DNA of 63,999 bases, the filler included, from Chiloscyllium plagiosum (lineage: Eukaryota): the NCBI RefSeq assembly GCF_004010195.1. It is 5 parts of one record of this genome, joined end to end, with 100 filler letters (N's around TTAATTAATTAA, not from the genome) between each part and the next. Parts side by side here need not be neighbours in the genome. Positions count along the whole stretch, not along the records: positions 35,793 to 46,858 come from NC_057711.1; positions 46,959 to 59,818 come from NC_057711.1; 3 more parts are not named here. One strand, 5' to 3'. Position 1 is the stretch's first letter. Every line of letters starts with the position of its first letter. The translations under genes and the position numbers were made by a program. Under the pieces are notes generated by a model that was not told the DNA's origin, made no database searches, and saw only the letters and a list, made by a program, of their open reading frames with translations. Shown here piece by piece: positions 38,655 to 52,539 of the stretch.

Positions 38655-39660
38655 AGATCTGTGCCTTGCAAGTTGAGAAATTCTCCATATATCACATGGA
38701 TTACACAGCATCCTTGGGTAAGGCTAAGAATGGTGAGATATGTTTCCTAATCAATACTTCCTCGTGCTCTTATGTGGCAACTCTGGTGACTTACTGCTCC
38801 CCAGACTTAGAACGTCTTACAGTGAAATGCCATTCTTACTACGTGCTGTGCGAGTTCACCTCTGCCACCCTGACAGCAGTCTAGATACCACCCCATGCGG
38901 AAGTGAAGAAAGCTCTAGATGAAATTTATACCGATATAAATGCTCTGGAGATGGAATTCCCCGAGGCCTTATATATCACGACTGGTGATTTCAACTAGGC
39001 CAACCTAAAGAACGTGCTACCAAAATACCACCAATACTGGCGAAGGGTTCCGGCCCAAAATGTCGACTTTCCTGTTCCTCGGATGCTGCTTGATCCGCTG
39101 TGCTTTTCCAGCAACACACTCTCAACCTACGCGAGTACACCACCACTGTCACAGACTTCATTAACAAGTGCACAGAGGACTGCATGCCAAGGAAAGAAAT
39201 CTGTGTGTTCCCCAATTGGAAACCTTGGAAAAACTGGGAAATCCACTGCCTATGGTCCTTCAGCCCAACAAGCCCACACCAACCCTCCAAACAGTAACCC
39301 ATCCCGCTACCCTTCCTCTCTCTATTTTTACCCCTGACTAATGCACTTAACCTACACATCCCTGAACAGCATGGCCAATTCACCTAACCTGCACATCTTT
39401 GGATTGTGGGAGGAAACCGGAGCACCCAGAGAAAACCTGTACAGACACAGAGAATGTGCAAGTTCCACACAGACAGTTGCCTAAAGCTGGAATCGAACCC
39501 TGGTCCCTGGCACTGTGAGGCAGCATGCTAACCACTGAGCCATCATACCTCACTCTGTTTAATCACCCTATGATCTGTTTGTACTTGTTTGCTATAATCT
39601 GCCTATACTGCTCACAAAACTTTTCGCTGTACTTAGGAACATGTGACTGTAATGATGCTC
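38655..39660 (+). mobile_element. Rex1/Babar-type LINE remnant (endonuclease region and 3' end) with nested Penelope fragment (~39035-39125) and HE1 SINE
   Basis: CSPDLE.LTVKC..YY...EFTSA.LTAV.IPP, GDFN.ANLK.VLPKYHQ, TTVTDFINKC...FPN.KPW. Confidence 0.8.
39253..39548 (-). mobile_element. HE1-type SINE
   Basis: tRNA-like head at 39480-39548, HE1 body. Confidence 0.88.
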
Positions 39661-40129
39661 TGGGTTTCTTTCCACTCCACTGACAGTACTTTCAACTGAG
39701 GGAACAGGAGCTGCCATGAGAAATTTCCTGGCACATGATTCAAATCAAACTTTCAATTACATGTTCACCATTTGTCCTGAAATGATCATTCTTTTGCTTC
39801 CAATGTGTTTAAAATGCTTACTTTGTTCATCAAAACAACATCAATGATAAACACTAACCCAAGTATGACATGCAATGTAATTTTCTGCTAAGCTTTTCCA
39901 ATGCAGATACATCGCTCACATCTACTTCATCTTTAGGGGATAGGCTGAAGGGAAGCTTGCAAAGCTTCTCTGAATCTCAGAAATGTAACAGTGCCGAAGG
40001 TGGCCATTGGCTATCATATCTGCACCAACTATTCAAATTAGCACCATTACTTAATGCCAATTTCCTGCTTTTAAACTTGCATATTATTTCTAACCAAATA
40101 ATCATTCAGGACCCACTTGAATGCTTGGG

Positions 40130-40350
40130 TAGACAGGGCCTCATCACTCCTGTGAGAACGGTGATTTCATGGACCAGTCCAATTAGAGTCATGACTAAGA
40201 AAAATGGTAGAATCTGCTTATGTTGCGTCGACTTGAAGAAAGCTGTCAACTGAGACCTTTAGCCTCTGCCAACTATTAATAGTGTAGCTACAAGCCTACA
40301 CAGTATCAAAGTCATGACAATTATTGTTACTCTCAATGGGTTTTATGAAT
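40130..40350 (+). mobile_element. Gypsy RT N-terminal fragment
   Basis: GLITPV...SWTSPI.V..KKNG.I.LC.VDLKK...PLPTI. Confidence 0.65.
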
Positions 40351-40690
40351 ATAAGAAATAGGAGCAGGAGTGGGTCATTAGTTCCTTCAAGCTTGCTCAC
40401 TATTCTGTAAGATCATGGCTCCAGTTCTCAATTCCTGTTTTGAATCAGCTCCTCATAGTCCTCAACTCCCTAATATTTCAAAAACCCATTCACCTCCTCT
40501 TTAAATATTTTCAGTGATATTGTCTTCCTAACTCTCTGGGTTGGAGGATTCCAGACATTCACTACACTCTGGGAGAAGAAATTTCTCTGCATTTCAATTT
40601 TAAGTGAATGCCCCCTTAGTCTATATCTATGTCTCTTAGTTCAACATTCCCTCACCAGGGTTAACAGCTTCACAATATCTTCCATGATGA
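40350..40690 (-). mobile_element. CR1 LINE 3' end
   Basis: 'aatataagaaataggagcaggagtgggtcatt' tail and FFSQ.VV.VWN motif on the reverse strand. Confidence 0.75.
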
Positions 40691-43489
40691 AATGCAAACA
40701 TTTTCAGTTGATGAAGTCAGCTGCAGTGTGTTATGGTGTTCTCAATGTACAGTCCGTTGTGTCCTGCATCAGGCAGAGCCAGTTATGTTGGCAAAACCTA
40801 CTCCCTGAGCTGCAGCACTGATCTTGTCACAGAGAAATTAGGTGAAACAGCATGATGTGTCACAAATTACATCAGTAATAGTCTTGATATATTTGTTTTT
40901 CTGGAGGTGTGAGAACTGGCACATGTCCCCAGTCGATCCTTGGAAGCAGAATGTTGCATAAGAGTTTAGTGCAGCTGTCAGCCTGACAGCCACTCAAACA
41001 AGATGACCACACAAAGCTTCACAAAGCTTCAGGTCACAGGTCCTACTCCAGCAACTGGCATAGTTTGGTGGCAATGTCCCAAGGTATCATCAGTCTTTGC
41101 CGACATTGCACCTTACACATCTGGAAGAAATGGCATCAAGGATGATTAACTGTGTGTCTCATGTCTCTCTTCCAAATGCTGAGGCGATCTTCAGCTGCAA
41201 CTTCTTCATGTAGAGGCTATTCGGTAGCTTCCAGAGGTTGCTGCTGCTCCTCATGTTGCTGTCATGTTGTTCCTCCTCCATTTCTTTGCACCTTTGTACT
41301 ACCAGGGTCACTGTGATGATGACCCCTACTGAAGTTGATCCATTGGTCATGGTTCCAAATAGTTTGTGGAGAATATCAGAAACAGACAGTGGCTTAGTAA
41401 TGTGTGATGTCAATGTTCACATGATGATTTAACATAGTCCTCCACACATTGTGGCATGAAATGCTCTGACAAAGACAGCCATGGAATGTCTGTGCATGGA
41501 TCTTATTCTGATGTAGTAGCACAAGCCAAGTCACAAAAATAGGGGAAGAGATTTTAGGTGCAGTGAAATTACTGAAACCCCTATCCACCACATCACCCAA
41601 TAAAGGTAACATTGCACGTAAGAGCATGTCAGTGAATACCGTTTAAGGCAAGAGGAAATCAACTCCGTGACCTTATACAATCAATGAGACCTTGGATAGT
41701 CTTTGTGAATTGTGACATGCAGATGATATTTTAAGGTTGTCTATGAGCACTTCAGCTTCACATAAATAAGTATAATAAATTTGTAATGATTAATTACATG
41801 TTCAAGATTTCTTGTATCCAGGATTTGAATGCATTACACATGCAGGACCCTCTGATTACCGATGTCCTCTGTGCTGTATAAGTGTCTCACCTTGAGGTGT
41901 CTCACCTTGCTCAGATGTTGAGCCTGTGTACTCAGTCAGAAAACAAAACACTTATTTCCTCCACTCTGGATATGGAGGCAGCCATTTTTTATGTCCATTG
42001 AGTGTTCATGATTCAGATGAGATGGAAAGTAAAACAGGTCACACTTTGCAGAGTGAGTCGTAGACTCAGCCTGATAATCGAACCCCACCAGTTCTGAGTT
42101 TCTATATTGTTCACCCAACTCTTTCATTTACGCTTTCATCAACCAACATTACCACCTGAGTTCCGGTCATACAGCTTAGCCATGCCAACCATGGGGTGTA
42201 CTACCCCCGTGTTCAAAACCACGGTCAAGGTGACTGTTTTTGACTACCCTGCAATATGTCAGTCCTCCAATGAACTATCGTCTCGCACCCTCATATGTTG
42301 AGTTGCTCCTGTTGCAATTATTGTCCCTTTTACAGTCCAACATGCTGCCTCCAGCTCCCACAATTGACTTCCCCAACTTATCATGGCTGTGGTCCCAATA
42401 TCCGTTCTCAAGGAATGATTATGGCACACACCCTCACTCTGACCATCTGGAAGGACATCCTCAACAGATGAATGACCAGATCCCTGACCAATCTCTTTGC
42501 AGCTATCTGACCAGTAATCATTCGACTGATTGCATAAGGCCTCCATGACTGACTGTGGCCCAATCCCTGGGCTCTAATGATACAGAACTCCTGACCCTGA
42601 CTGTCCAACATGACTGACAGACTGTGTCCAAACTCCTGGACAGACATCAAATGATACCCTTGAATGACTGCAGTGGGAGCCTGATTGAGCTTTGTCCCCT
42701 TTGTCTTCACTGAAGACTATTCCTCCTAGACTTTGTGATGTTACTATTCGGTTGAACTGCATGATTTAGCCACAAAGGCTGCTGGCATGTGCTGTAGGTG
42801 TAGCATTTGTTATTCACCTGGCCAGACCCCCCTCAAAATATTTTAAGAAGATAGCCTAGACCTTAACTCTTTTCTTATTTTAAAGGCAGATGTGTGTGAT
42901 GCAACTGGTCAAACCACTCGGATTTAAGCAAAATAGAATTTATTTAAACACTACAGTTGAAACACAAACAAAAAAAAAGCAAAACTTAGAATAACATAAC
43001 TATTGGAAAATTTAACCTGCCCAATTCAATTACTATTACTAATTAAATGTTTCAGTACAGTAACATCCAATAAACACACCCTTTGGCAAAAAGGTAAATT
43101 CAAACACAGGGTACTTACAGGCAAGAGGGAACATACAGAGAGAAGTTTCAGAGAAAGTCAGAAGAATTATTTACTGAAGCTTGCAACTCTTCTGGACTCT
43201 AACATCTTGTGACTGCCACAGCAAAAACAAACTGGAAAAAAACTGAACTGGGAGAATTGGCCACTTCCATTATTAAACCAGACCCTTCGGCACCTCTGCT
43301 TTTACAACCTTTCTTCAAAAAGTACTTTTTAAAGTGACAGCATCAGCATACCTCCCCTTTTAAAATAAAAATTAACCATCAATATACAAAGATGTCTTCA
43401 TTTTAAACCCTTTAGTCTTACTCTGTTAGTACACTACAACACATATATATTACATTGACTATAAGCATGCAAACACTCACTACTACATT

Positions 43490-44530
43490 CTATTTCTGTA
43501 TGGTAGGCTATCGCACAAATTCCAGAGGCATGGGGTTGAGGGTGATTTAGTGATTTGGATCAAAAATTGGCTAGCTGAAAGAAGGCAGAGAGTGGTGGTT
43601 GATGGGAAATGTTCATCCTGGAGTTCTGTTACTCGTGGTGTACCGCAAGGATCTGTTTTGGAGTCTCTGATGTTTGTCATTTTTATAAATGACTTGGATG
43701 AGGGCGTAGTAAATTTGTGGATGACACTAAGATCAGTAGAGTTTTGGATAGTGCCGAAGAATTTCATGGGTTACAGAGGGACATAAATAAGCTACAGAGC
43801 TGATGTTAATATTCTTGATAGTGTAGATCTCAGTGTCCATGTACATAGATCCCTGAAAGTTGCTACTCAGGTTGATAGGGTTGTTAAGAAGGAATATGCT
43901 GTGTTAGCTTTTATTAGTACAAGGATTGAGTTTCAGAGCCATGAGGTCATGCTGCAGCTGTACAACACTCTGGTGCAGCCACACTTGGAGTATTCCATAT
44001 ATTTTGGTAACCGCATTATAGGAAGGATGTGGAATTTTGGAAAGGGTTCAGAGGAGACTTACTAGGATGTTGCCTGCCATGGAGGGAAGGTCTTATGAGG
44101 AAAGGCTGAGGGACTTGAGGCTGTTTTCATTAGAGAGAAGAAGGTTGAGTGGTGATTTAATTGAGACATATAAGATCATCAGAGGGTTAGATAGGGTGGA
44201 CAGTGAGAGCCTTTTTCCTCGGACTGTGATGGCTAGCATGAGAGGACATAGCTATAAATTGTAGGGTGATAGATATAGGACAGATGTCAGAGGTAGTTTC
44301 TTTACTCAGAGAGTAGTAGGTGTGTGGAGCGGCCTGCCTACAACAGTAGTATACCCGTCAACTTTAAGGGCATTTAAATGGTCATTGGAAGGACAAATGG
44401 ATGAAAATGGAATAGTGTAGGTTAGATGGGCTTCAGATTGGTTTCACAGGTTGATGCAACATTGAGGGCCGAAGGGCCTGTACTATGCTGTAATGTTCTA
44501 TGTTCTATGTTTTATGTTTTATGCTCTATT
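43490..44530 (+). mobile_element. CR1 LINE RT and 3' end nested in the Gypsy
   Basis: [15 protein letters not shown]...GVPQGSVL...FINDLD; (TATGTTC)n tail. Confidence 0.92.
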
Positions 44531-45392
44531 ACATTTTCTCCTCCTGCCACATGTATAATTTTCAAATTGAATTGCTAAAATAATAAGCTCATACAAAACA
44601 GTCTGCAATTTTTATCCTTAAATTTTCCAAAAACTATTAATGGGTTATATACAATTGTCTCAGACACATTTTTGGCAATATAAATGTTGAAAAGTTGTCA
44701 TGCAAATGCCAAGCTCAAGGTCTCAATTTCAATTGTGGAGTATTTCTGTTGATAACTATTCAATTTTCTGCAGAAGTGTCCAATAATTCTTTATATCTTC
44801 TCGTCATCTTCTTGGAAGAGTACGAGAAGATATACTGACACCCACATCACTTGCATTGATAGCCAGCTTTGTGTAATTAGGTGTGGCTAATACTGGGGCA
44901 CTGGCTAATACAGCTTTCAGGCTGTCAAATGCCTACTAACATTCCTCCATCCATTGAAGTTTTCTGTACTTCTTCAATAAGTCAGTGAGTGGGGCAACAG
45001 CACTGCTAAAATTTGGCACAAATTTCCGATAAAACCCACTCAATCCCAGGAATAGTAGAAATTCTCTCTTTGTCAGGGGTATGGAAAACTCCCCAATAAA
45101 ATTTGTTTTCACATTCTATGGAACCATCTGTCCATGTCTGATAACATGGCCAAGAAGGTGACTTGGGTTTTGGCAAATTCGTCTTTGCCAGTTTTATCAC
45201 CAAGTCTGCCTCCTAAAGTCGATCGAATAATTTCGATGAATGCTGCAAATGTTTCTATTGTGTGTGACTAAACATCACCAGGTTGTTGATGTATATCACA
45301 CAATTGGGTAATCCAGAAATTATTTTATTGGTTAGTCTTTGAAATGTGACTGGCACATGTTTCACACCAAATGGCATGACTTCAAATTGGTA

Positions 45393-45720
45393 TTAGATTA
45401 GATTACATTACATTACAGTGTGGAAACAGGCCCTTCAGCCCAACAAGTCCACACCGACCCGCCGAAGCGCAACCCACCCATACCCCTACATTTACCCCTT
45501 ACCAAACACTACAGGCAATTTTGCATGGCCAATTCACCTGACCTGCACATTTTTGGATTGTGGGAGGAAACCAGAGCACCTGGAGGAAACCCACGCAGAC
45601 ACGGGGAGAATGTGTAAACTCCACACAGTCAGTCACCTGAGGCGGGAATTGAACCCAGGTCTCAGGCGCTGTGAGGCAGCAGTGCTAACCACTGTGCCAC
45701 TGTGCCACCGTGCCGCCCAC
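45393..45720 (-). mobile_element. HE1-type SINE nested in the Gypsy RT
   Basis: Complete head GTGGGCGGCACGGTGGCACAGTGG...; RT reading resumes on both sides. Confidence 0.92.
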
Positions 45721-46180
45721 TAATTTTATAGCTGATTTGGTGTTACAAAAGTCAAAATTGCCTTCGCTGTTTCAGATAAAGGTACCTGACAGTATCCTCT
45801 GAGTAAGTCCAAATTAGAAATATAAATTGCTTATCCCAACTTCTCAGTACATTCTTCCAAACATGGAATCAGATATGAATCAGACTTTGTAACTGCACTG
45901 ACTTTGTGAAGTTGGGTACCATATGGTTTTGGCACCATTCCTAGGATGAGCTCCAGTTACTGCAACTCCCTTTAATTATGTTGTCTTGGAACATACGTTC
46001 AAACTGTTTTTGAACCTGTACCAACTTTAGAGGTTTAAGTCTATAAGGATGATGTTTAATTGGAACAACATTTCCTGTATCCTATTTCCCAGCTTATTCC
46101 CACATATCTCCTCATGCGATTGTAATAGCTCTGACACATCATTTCGATTTTCCTCTGGAAGGCAATTTAATTTATACCAA

Positions 46181-46858
46181 TTTTTTTTATAGATATTTTT
46201 ATTAGAAATTTAACATTTTTACAAGTTTACAAAAATAAACAAAACTCTCAGATATAAACATTGATATACAATTAGCTCCAATATACAATAGCCAAAATTT
46301 AACAAAAAAAACACAAAACAAAAAAAACCGAAAAAAGGAAAAAAAAAACAAACAAAACCCAACTATCTACTAATTTAACCTACAACTAACCAGAGTGTAT
46401 ATTTAAGTCTCTTACATGCTCGGAATGTGTTAGCATCAGATGTAATAAAACCCGTATTCGTGCGGGATTCCTCCCCCAAGGGGCCCCGGACCAGCCAGGT
46501 TTGTAATCTCAATTAAATAAAAGCCCTTGTTAGGATAGCCGAAATATCTGTATTTATATAATTCAAAAAGGGCTGCCATATTTTATAAAATAATTCGGTC
46601 TTTCGGTGCACCATATTTGTAAGGAAGTCAAGGGGAATACATTCCATAATTAATCTGTGCCAATTTGAAAGTCCAGGAGGGCCCTCAGCCGCCCAGTTCA
46701 CCAAAATATTTTTCCTTGCACAGAAAGAAAGAATAGAAAATAGTCTCTTCCCGTACGTGTCCAGGGAGGGAAAGTTCGAAAAGCCCAAGAGGAGAGATAA
46801 AGGGTCCACTTTAATTTCCGTTCCTAAAATTTCTATCAGGGTACTTGCTACTTTAGTC
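46181..46858 (-). mobile_element. L1-clade LINE 3' end with poly(A) tail
   Basis: ARKNILVNW....P.L..W.......LD...F.KIWQPFL.YI (fish L1-type ORF2 C-terminus), T-rich UTR, AATAAA, then an A-tail at ~46181-46189. Confidence 0.8.
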
Positions 46859-46958
46859 NNNNNNNNNNNNNNNNNNNNNNNNNNNNNNNNNNNNNNNNNN
46901 NNTTAATTAATTAANNNNNNNNNNNNNNNNNNNNNNNNNNNNNNNNNNNNNNNNNNNN
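46859..46958. other. Artificial gap/contig linker
   Basis: N44-TTAATTAATTAA-N44. Confidence 0.97.
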
Positions 46959-47162
46959 GGGTAGGTTCTTCACTCAGTGAGTCGTAAGTTCATGGAATGC
47001 CCTGCCAGTAGCAGTGGTGGACTCTCCCTCTTTATGGGCATTTAAGCGGGCATTGGATAGGTATATGGAGGATAGTGGGTTAGTATAGGTTAGGTGGGCT
47101 TGGATCGGCGCAACATCGAGGGCCAAGGGCCTGTACTGCGCTGTATTCTTCTATGTTCTATG
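46959..47162 (+). mobile_element. CR1 3' end
   Basis: GRFFTQ...WNALP; tail ctatgttctatg. Confidence 0.85.
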
Positions 47163-48229
47163 TAACAAGGGCCAGATATTTGGATAATCAGGAACATGAA
47201 AAGGACCCTTAAAAATAGTTAGTTAGACCTCTAGGCAGAAGTCTGATCCTTCTTTCCTTAATTCCTTTTCATTTTCATTTCTTTTTCTTATTTTCCTTCT
47301 TCCTTCTTACATTCCCATCCCTCTCCCAATTATTTTCCATAAACCATTAATGACCACAACCTATATGAGACAAAACGAAGCTTATTATTCTATAAGGCAT
47401 TCTATATAATTCACCATTGTATTTAAGAAGGTTTGGTAAGAAAGTGGCAAGTTGCCTCTCTTAACAGTTGGAGAAACAGCTGATGTTAAGCTGGCTTTGA
47501 TGTAACAGCAAATGGTTTGGATAATCTATCCTGTTGAAAAACCTTCTCTTACAAACTATTGATTTTCTTCTCCCAGCTGGCGGTATCTGAAATGCACTTA
47601 CCAGTCTGTTTACTGTTTCAAGCTGTTTAAATGCTTGGTTTCATGTTGTCTAATGGAATTAGCTAACTTTGTAAACATTTAACTGAGAAAATTGAGTACA
47701 GACCTCATTTTATACGCAAGCAAAGTATAAGGAATACATCATCATCATCAAGTGCATATGTACATTTTTATGTTCCAATATCTAACATTATAGAGAAAGA
47801 ATGAATGATATTTTATTTCAAGCCATTAAAGAAAAAAGGGATAAGATTTTGGAAATCTCACCTCATATTCAGCTTAGTGTTTATCAGTAAGGTATGTTAG
47901 CATTGGGAATTGGAATGCTTTCATATTTTCAGCACATAATGTTATTAGCAAGCAGTGCCACTTTACTTACAGCTAGATGCATAGTAAATCTTCCCTGCTC
48001 GTTCCAAAAATGTACCTTCATCTTCTGTAATTGAGATTGCCAAGTTGATGCAGTTTTGTGATTTCTACCACTCATCCTCACCATTCCAGAAATGAGGTTT
48101 GAGATTCCTCAAATAAAAAACCGAACGTGCTGGCAACAAACAGCAGGTCAAGCAGTCTCTGTGGCGAGAGGAAAATAAGTAATGTTTCAGCTGAATAACC
48201 TTTCAACACAACTGAGCTTCGGTCATCTT

Positions 48230-49200
48230 ACAGAGAGGCAGCTTGTAGATGAGAAGTAGACAAGTGTCAAGGATAGATCCTTGGAGAACACATTGAGAAA
48301 ATAGAAAGAGAAGCTTTTGTGGGTGATTCCTTGTCTACAATTTGACAGTTAAGAACAGAATTATGTAAAGATAACCCCACTCAGCTTAATGATGGAGTAG
48401 ACGTGTTAGAAAAGGATAGAGTAGTCAAATTATGTTCAAGGCCAAAAATAACAACTTTTACTAACAGCAGTCACAACAGAAGAATAACCTTGGCAGATCA
48501 AATGTGCTTTTGATAATTCAATTATAGTGGTCTCGCAAAGGAAACGAAAGCATGGGAATAGTTGGAAAAGAATGTTTGTCATACTAGAGCTTCATTTTGA
48601 GGTATACAAGATGAGTCTAACCAATGTGTATCATTCACAAGTTTTATTGTTTTTTTTCCCTTCTAGAAACCTGATTGGAACAAGGGTGAGCACATATCTT
48701 GGAGTGGAAGGGAATGGTGGTGGCTTTAAAGGACAGAAATGTCAAGGATAAGTCTTTTGAGGAAAATTGGGAGATTTGAAGGAATGGGGTGAGGTTTAAT
48801 GTGTACAATACCTGAAGAGAGGGAACTGTTAACCGAATAATGATCAGCTCACGCATGGCCAAGGAAAGAAAATTGCCAGGTCAACTGTTGGATGGAATAG
48901 GATTGCAGAAGTTCATGGATGAGATGAACCTGGAGATAACAAAGCTGAAGATGGAATAAAGCCCACAGTTAGCCATAAATTCAGGACCAGTGGCAGAGTT
49001 GAACACCAGGGGGTAAGTTTGATCCAGAAAGGGAGGGAATGGAAGGTTTTCAAGGAAGGTAGTAATTAACAGAAGTCGAAAAATGGATGGTATCAATTTT
49101 GTTGATGAGATCCATTGACAATCTGCTAGATAGTGTAATAGACAACCCTGTTTCTGACTATCATTTTTTTTAAGATAAACTATACATTGGCGACCAAGAG
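48230..49200 (-). mobile_element. Highly degraded L2-type LINE
   Basis: GV.QGSIL-like motif at ~48262-48292 on the minus strand and an endonuclease-like region further right. Confidence 0.5.
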
Positions 49201-49739
49201 CTAATGTGTCAGATTTTCTAGTCACATATAAGTTATCCTTATTGTAAAATTGTATAGAGGAATATCAGTAGTGAACACATTGGAGCCCACCCAATTTTGC
49301 ATAGTTCACCTTGCTGATTATTCATTGTCCATTGCAAAAAAGAAATATATGCCTTATGTTTAACTTTTACCTTTCTTTGTGAGGTAGCAATGCTATTTTG
49401 AATCTTACATTTTTTTCTTTCTCTTAGGTTTTCTTCACTAATCCAGATTTTAGGCAAGTTGTATAGATTGGTTGCAGGCCTGTTAGTGGGTCATTAGGAT
49501 ATACACGACTGACACATTCTCCTGCAGTGAGTGCAGGTGAAGATATAGTCATTGCTCGGTGAAATTGGAGCTACCTTTCATACTTTTTTTATCTTCCATG
49601 CTGCTTCTTTGCACACTCCTGAAGGTGTCTGTAGCACTCCTGATGTAGCACCACCAGGCATTACTCTGTAATTCCTACTGGTAGTGGTTTATATGACATA
49701 CAGAGAGCGATTTCTTTAGGGAGCCCTTGAAGCATTAGC

Positions 49740-50060
49740 ACGGGGCCCCACTATTCCATTTCCCAGTGGTTAGCTGTCTGTACATTGTGATCTTGATAAG
49801 TCTGGATGTTGATGATGTTGGCTGTTTCGAGGACATCCATTTTGTAACATAGTCCTGCCAGCGGATCTTGACAATATTGTGGAGGCAGCAATGATGAAAG
49901 TTCTTTAGAAGGCATACAAAACAATGACATAGAGCCCATGAAATGCCATCATACAGAAGGCTGATGAGGTGCATGGCTTCTTACACTTCCAGCTTGATCT
50001 GTGCTGTAAGCCAGTGTTTGCTCCACACTAACTTGTAGAGTCTGTCTACTGTGTATTTGC
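49740..50060 (-). mobile_element. RTE-clade LINE fragment
   Basis: LLY...W......L..FH..CL..IVKIRWQDYVT motif typical of the RTE ORF C-terminal region. Confidence 0.7.
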
Positions 50061-52539
50061 TTTTGAAATTTGTTATGAACATGTTTGTATTATTAACTTG
50101 TTTGAGAATTTATTTTGAAAAGATTGTGGACAACGGTTTATTTGAAGATTGCGGAACTGCTTGGGCTTGGTTTTTTTCTTAAAATAAAAGGTTACTGGAA
50201 GGTCACTTTGGACTTTATTTCAAAAACACTTATTGGGAGATGAATTAAGTTGTGTATACATTTGGAGTCTTGGACACTATGAAAATACTTTGATTTATTT
50301 GCAGGGAAGTCACACGTCTACATTTATGGCCATCAGGAGTTTTGAGTTGTTTAGATTTTGTTTGCAAGAGTTAGTCAGGGTGTAGCCTGTTCAGACAGAA
50401 ACTATCCTATTTATTCTTTCCTACTTTCTGGAGAAAACACATTCCTTTTAGAATCCTGTATGTGAGCTGAGAAACCGATGCAACAATTCTACAGAAAAGA
50501 ATTTGAAAGACTTCCTTTTAATAGCTTCTGAACTAATTGCTTCTCAAAAGATCCCAAATAAATCTGAATGTTTCTGGTCATACCTGCCTATAGAGACCAA
50601 GCTGCCAGACTTAAATCCTTGTGGAATATTTTATATCTTATTTTTTTCTTCTTCAAGAATTAACAATTATTTAGTCAAAGTTTTCTTTTGTAACAGAGTT
50701 GATCTCTGCAGAGAAAGTTTCTTTATTTCCTCAAAAGATTAATATTTATACCTTCATATTTCAAACGGTGTGTTTATCATCTTTGCATCTTTGTTAAGTC
50801 TTCTCTTAATAATAAACCAACAATTTTGTTGCTTATTGAAAAAAAATCTGGGGTTGATAGATTTCTGTTACATTCTGAAGCTAATTTAGATAAAGCTACA
50901 ATTTGTGCCAATATGGACAGAATATCTGCCCTGGCAAAAATGCCTAAATTTGCCAAGAATTGGAAATCCCTTCCCCAAACATGGCATCTCCCATTTCTGG
51001 GAACTGGTTATAGATCAGGCACATACAGGTCCCAGAGGATGTTAACTCCGAGCAGGCTTGTTCTCAGTGAATTTCCTTTGAATAGCAGGGTACCCCTTTG
51101 GAGAGCTTGGTTGACACTTCATAGATCCTTTGGGGGTGGGGTTGGGGGTATAGGGAGATAGTGTGCGGGTTGGTGAGTGTGGTGTTATTCACTATAAATC
51201 CCTTAGAAAAGACTGACTTATACAAATCTATCGAGTATCAACCTATTAATAAGTGTCAACAAGTGTCGATCTAAACATTTTAATCTATTGACCAGAAACA
51301 GAACTGGACAAGGCATATAAATACTGTGGCTACAAGAGCAGGGGCAGCATTGTGGTGGAGAGAGTGAATGTTGAAGCTATTTGAAGGAGTGCTAGTTAAG
51401 CCAGTTGGTTTGTCTTGGTTGGTTTGGAGATTCATGAAAACATATGAACATACAAAACAGGAGTGGAAGTCAACCATTTAGCATCTTGAGTCTGCAACGT
51501 CCTTCAATGGGATCATAACTGATCTGTTTGTGTTCCAAAGTCCACATTCCCACCTATCCCCAATAACTCTTGATTTTCTTGCCTAGCAAGAATTCACCAT
51601 TACTATTTTAAAAATAAAATCAATGACCCCACTTCCATTGCCTTTTGAGGTAGAAAGCTCAAACGTCAAGTGGAGACAAGCCCAGCCTGTCTGATTTATC
51701 CTTAGAAGATGGCCCATCCTTTCGAAGTATCAGTTAAGGAAACCTCCTCAAAATCACCTCCAAAGCATGTAGATCTTTCCTTAAATAATGAGACCATAGC
51801 TGTGCACAGTATTTGATATGAGGTTTCAGCTCTTAGAACTGAAACATATTATCCTTACTTTTATAAAACAAAGAATTGCAGATGCTGGAAATCTGAAACA
51901 AAAATAGAAATTGCTAGAGAAACACATGAAGTCTAGCAGCAGCTGCGGACATAAAGCACAGTTAACATTTGGGGTTCAGTGACCCTTCCTCAGAAGTCCT
52001 GACTTCGATGTTCAATCCCTCTCAGAATATCCCAACAGCCTTTAGGGGCAGCAGTCATCTATGTGGGACACAATGGACCTCATTGCTCCGAAGTTGCAGC
52101 AGTGCAGTGATTCATGCAATGGTCTAGGTGCTTCCATGGGCAGGTTAGTGACTGCAATGGAGAGACAGGCCCAGTGCCATCAGGGTCTGCTGCAGAAGCA
52201 CACACAAACCTCCACTGCCCCCAGCCATTGGTCCTTAGGAGCCACAGCAAGATAAGAGGGGGACAGGGAACCTGGCGCACACTCTATTTGTCTCTTCCTC
52301 ACAATGAGGCAGATCAGTGCCAGTAGGCATCCAGCTGGAGGGGCACTGGCCCTTCAGAAATGTCTATTCAGGGCACTCCAATGGTGGCCCTATTTCCTAC
52401 CTCCATCCTGTCTGATCCCTCAGAAAATTGGAAATTCACACTGAGGGAGTGCACTTGCATCTGGCAAGGAGACCCTTGGAACAATAGGTTTTCTGGAGAT
52501 CTGTCTCCTGATTCAACTTTAAAAATATGAATCATTAGT

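Larger units (their letters stand above)
42808..47420 (-). mobile_element. Second Gmr1-like Gypsy element, 3' half: integrase C-terminal region, RT, RNase H, PPT, 3' LTR (~42808-43348), with nested inserts
   Basis: Minus strand: PIKHHPYRL...VPKP.G...KV.AVTKSDSY.IP..E...LDLLRGY.QVPL...YQFEVMPFG...TFQRL; AAAAGGGGAGG PPT at ~43351-43361; LTR end resembles 12180-12273. Confidence 0.82.

Noticed and set aside
40700..42800. Cluster of 60-100 aa ORFs as a novel gene
   Set aside because: Overlapping short ORFs on both strands with no splice structure; it looks like decayed LTR or DNA-transposon sequence that I cannot assign confidently.
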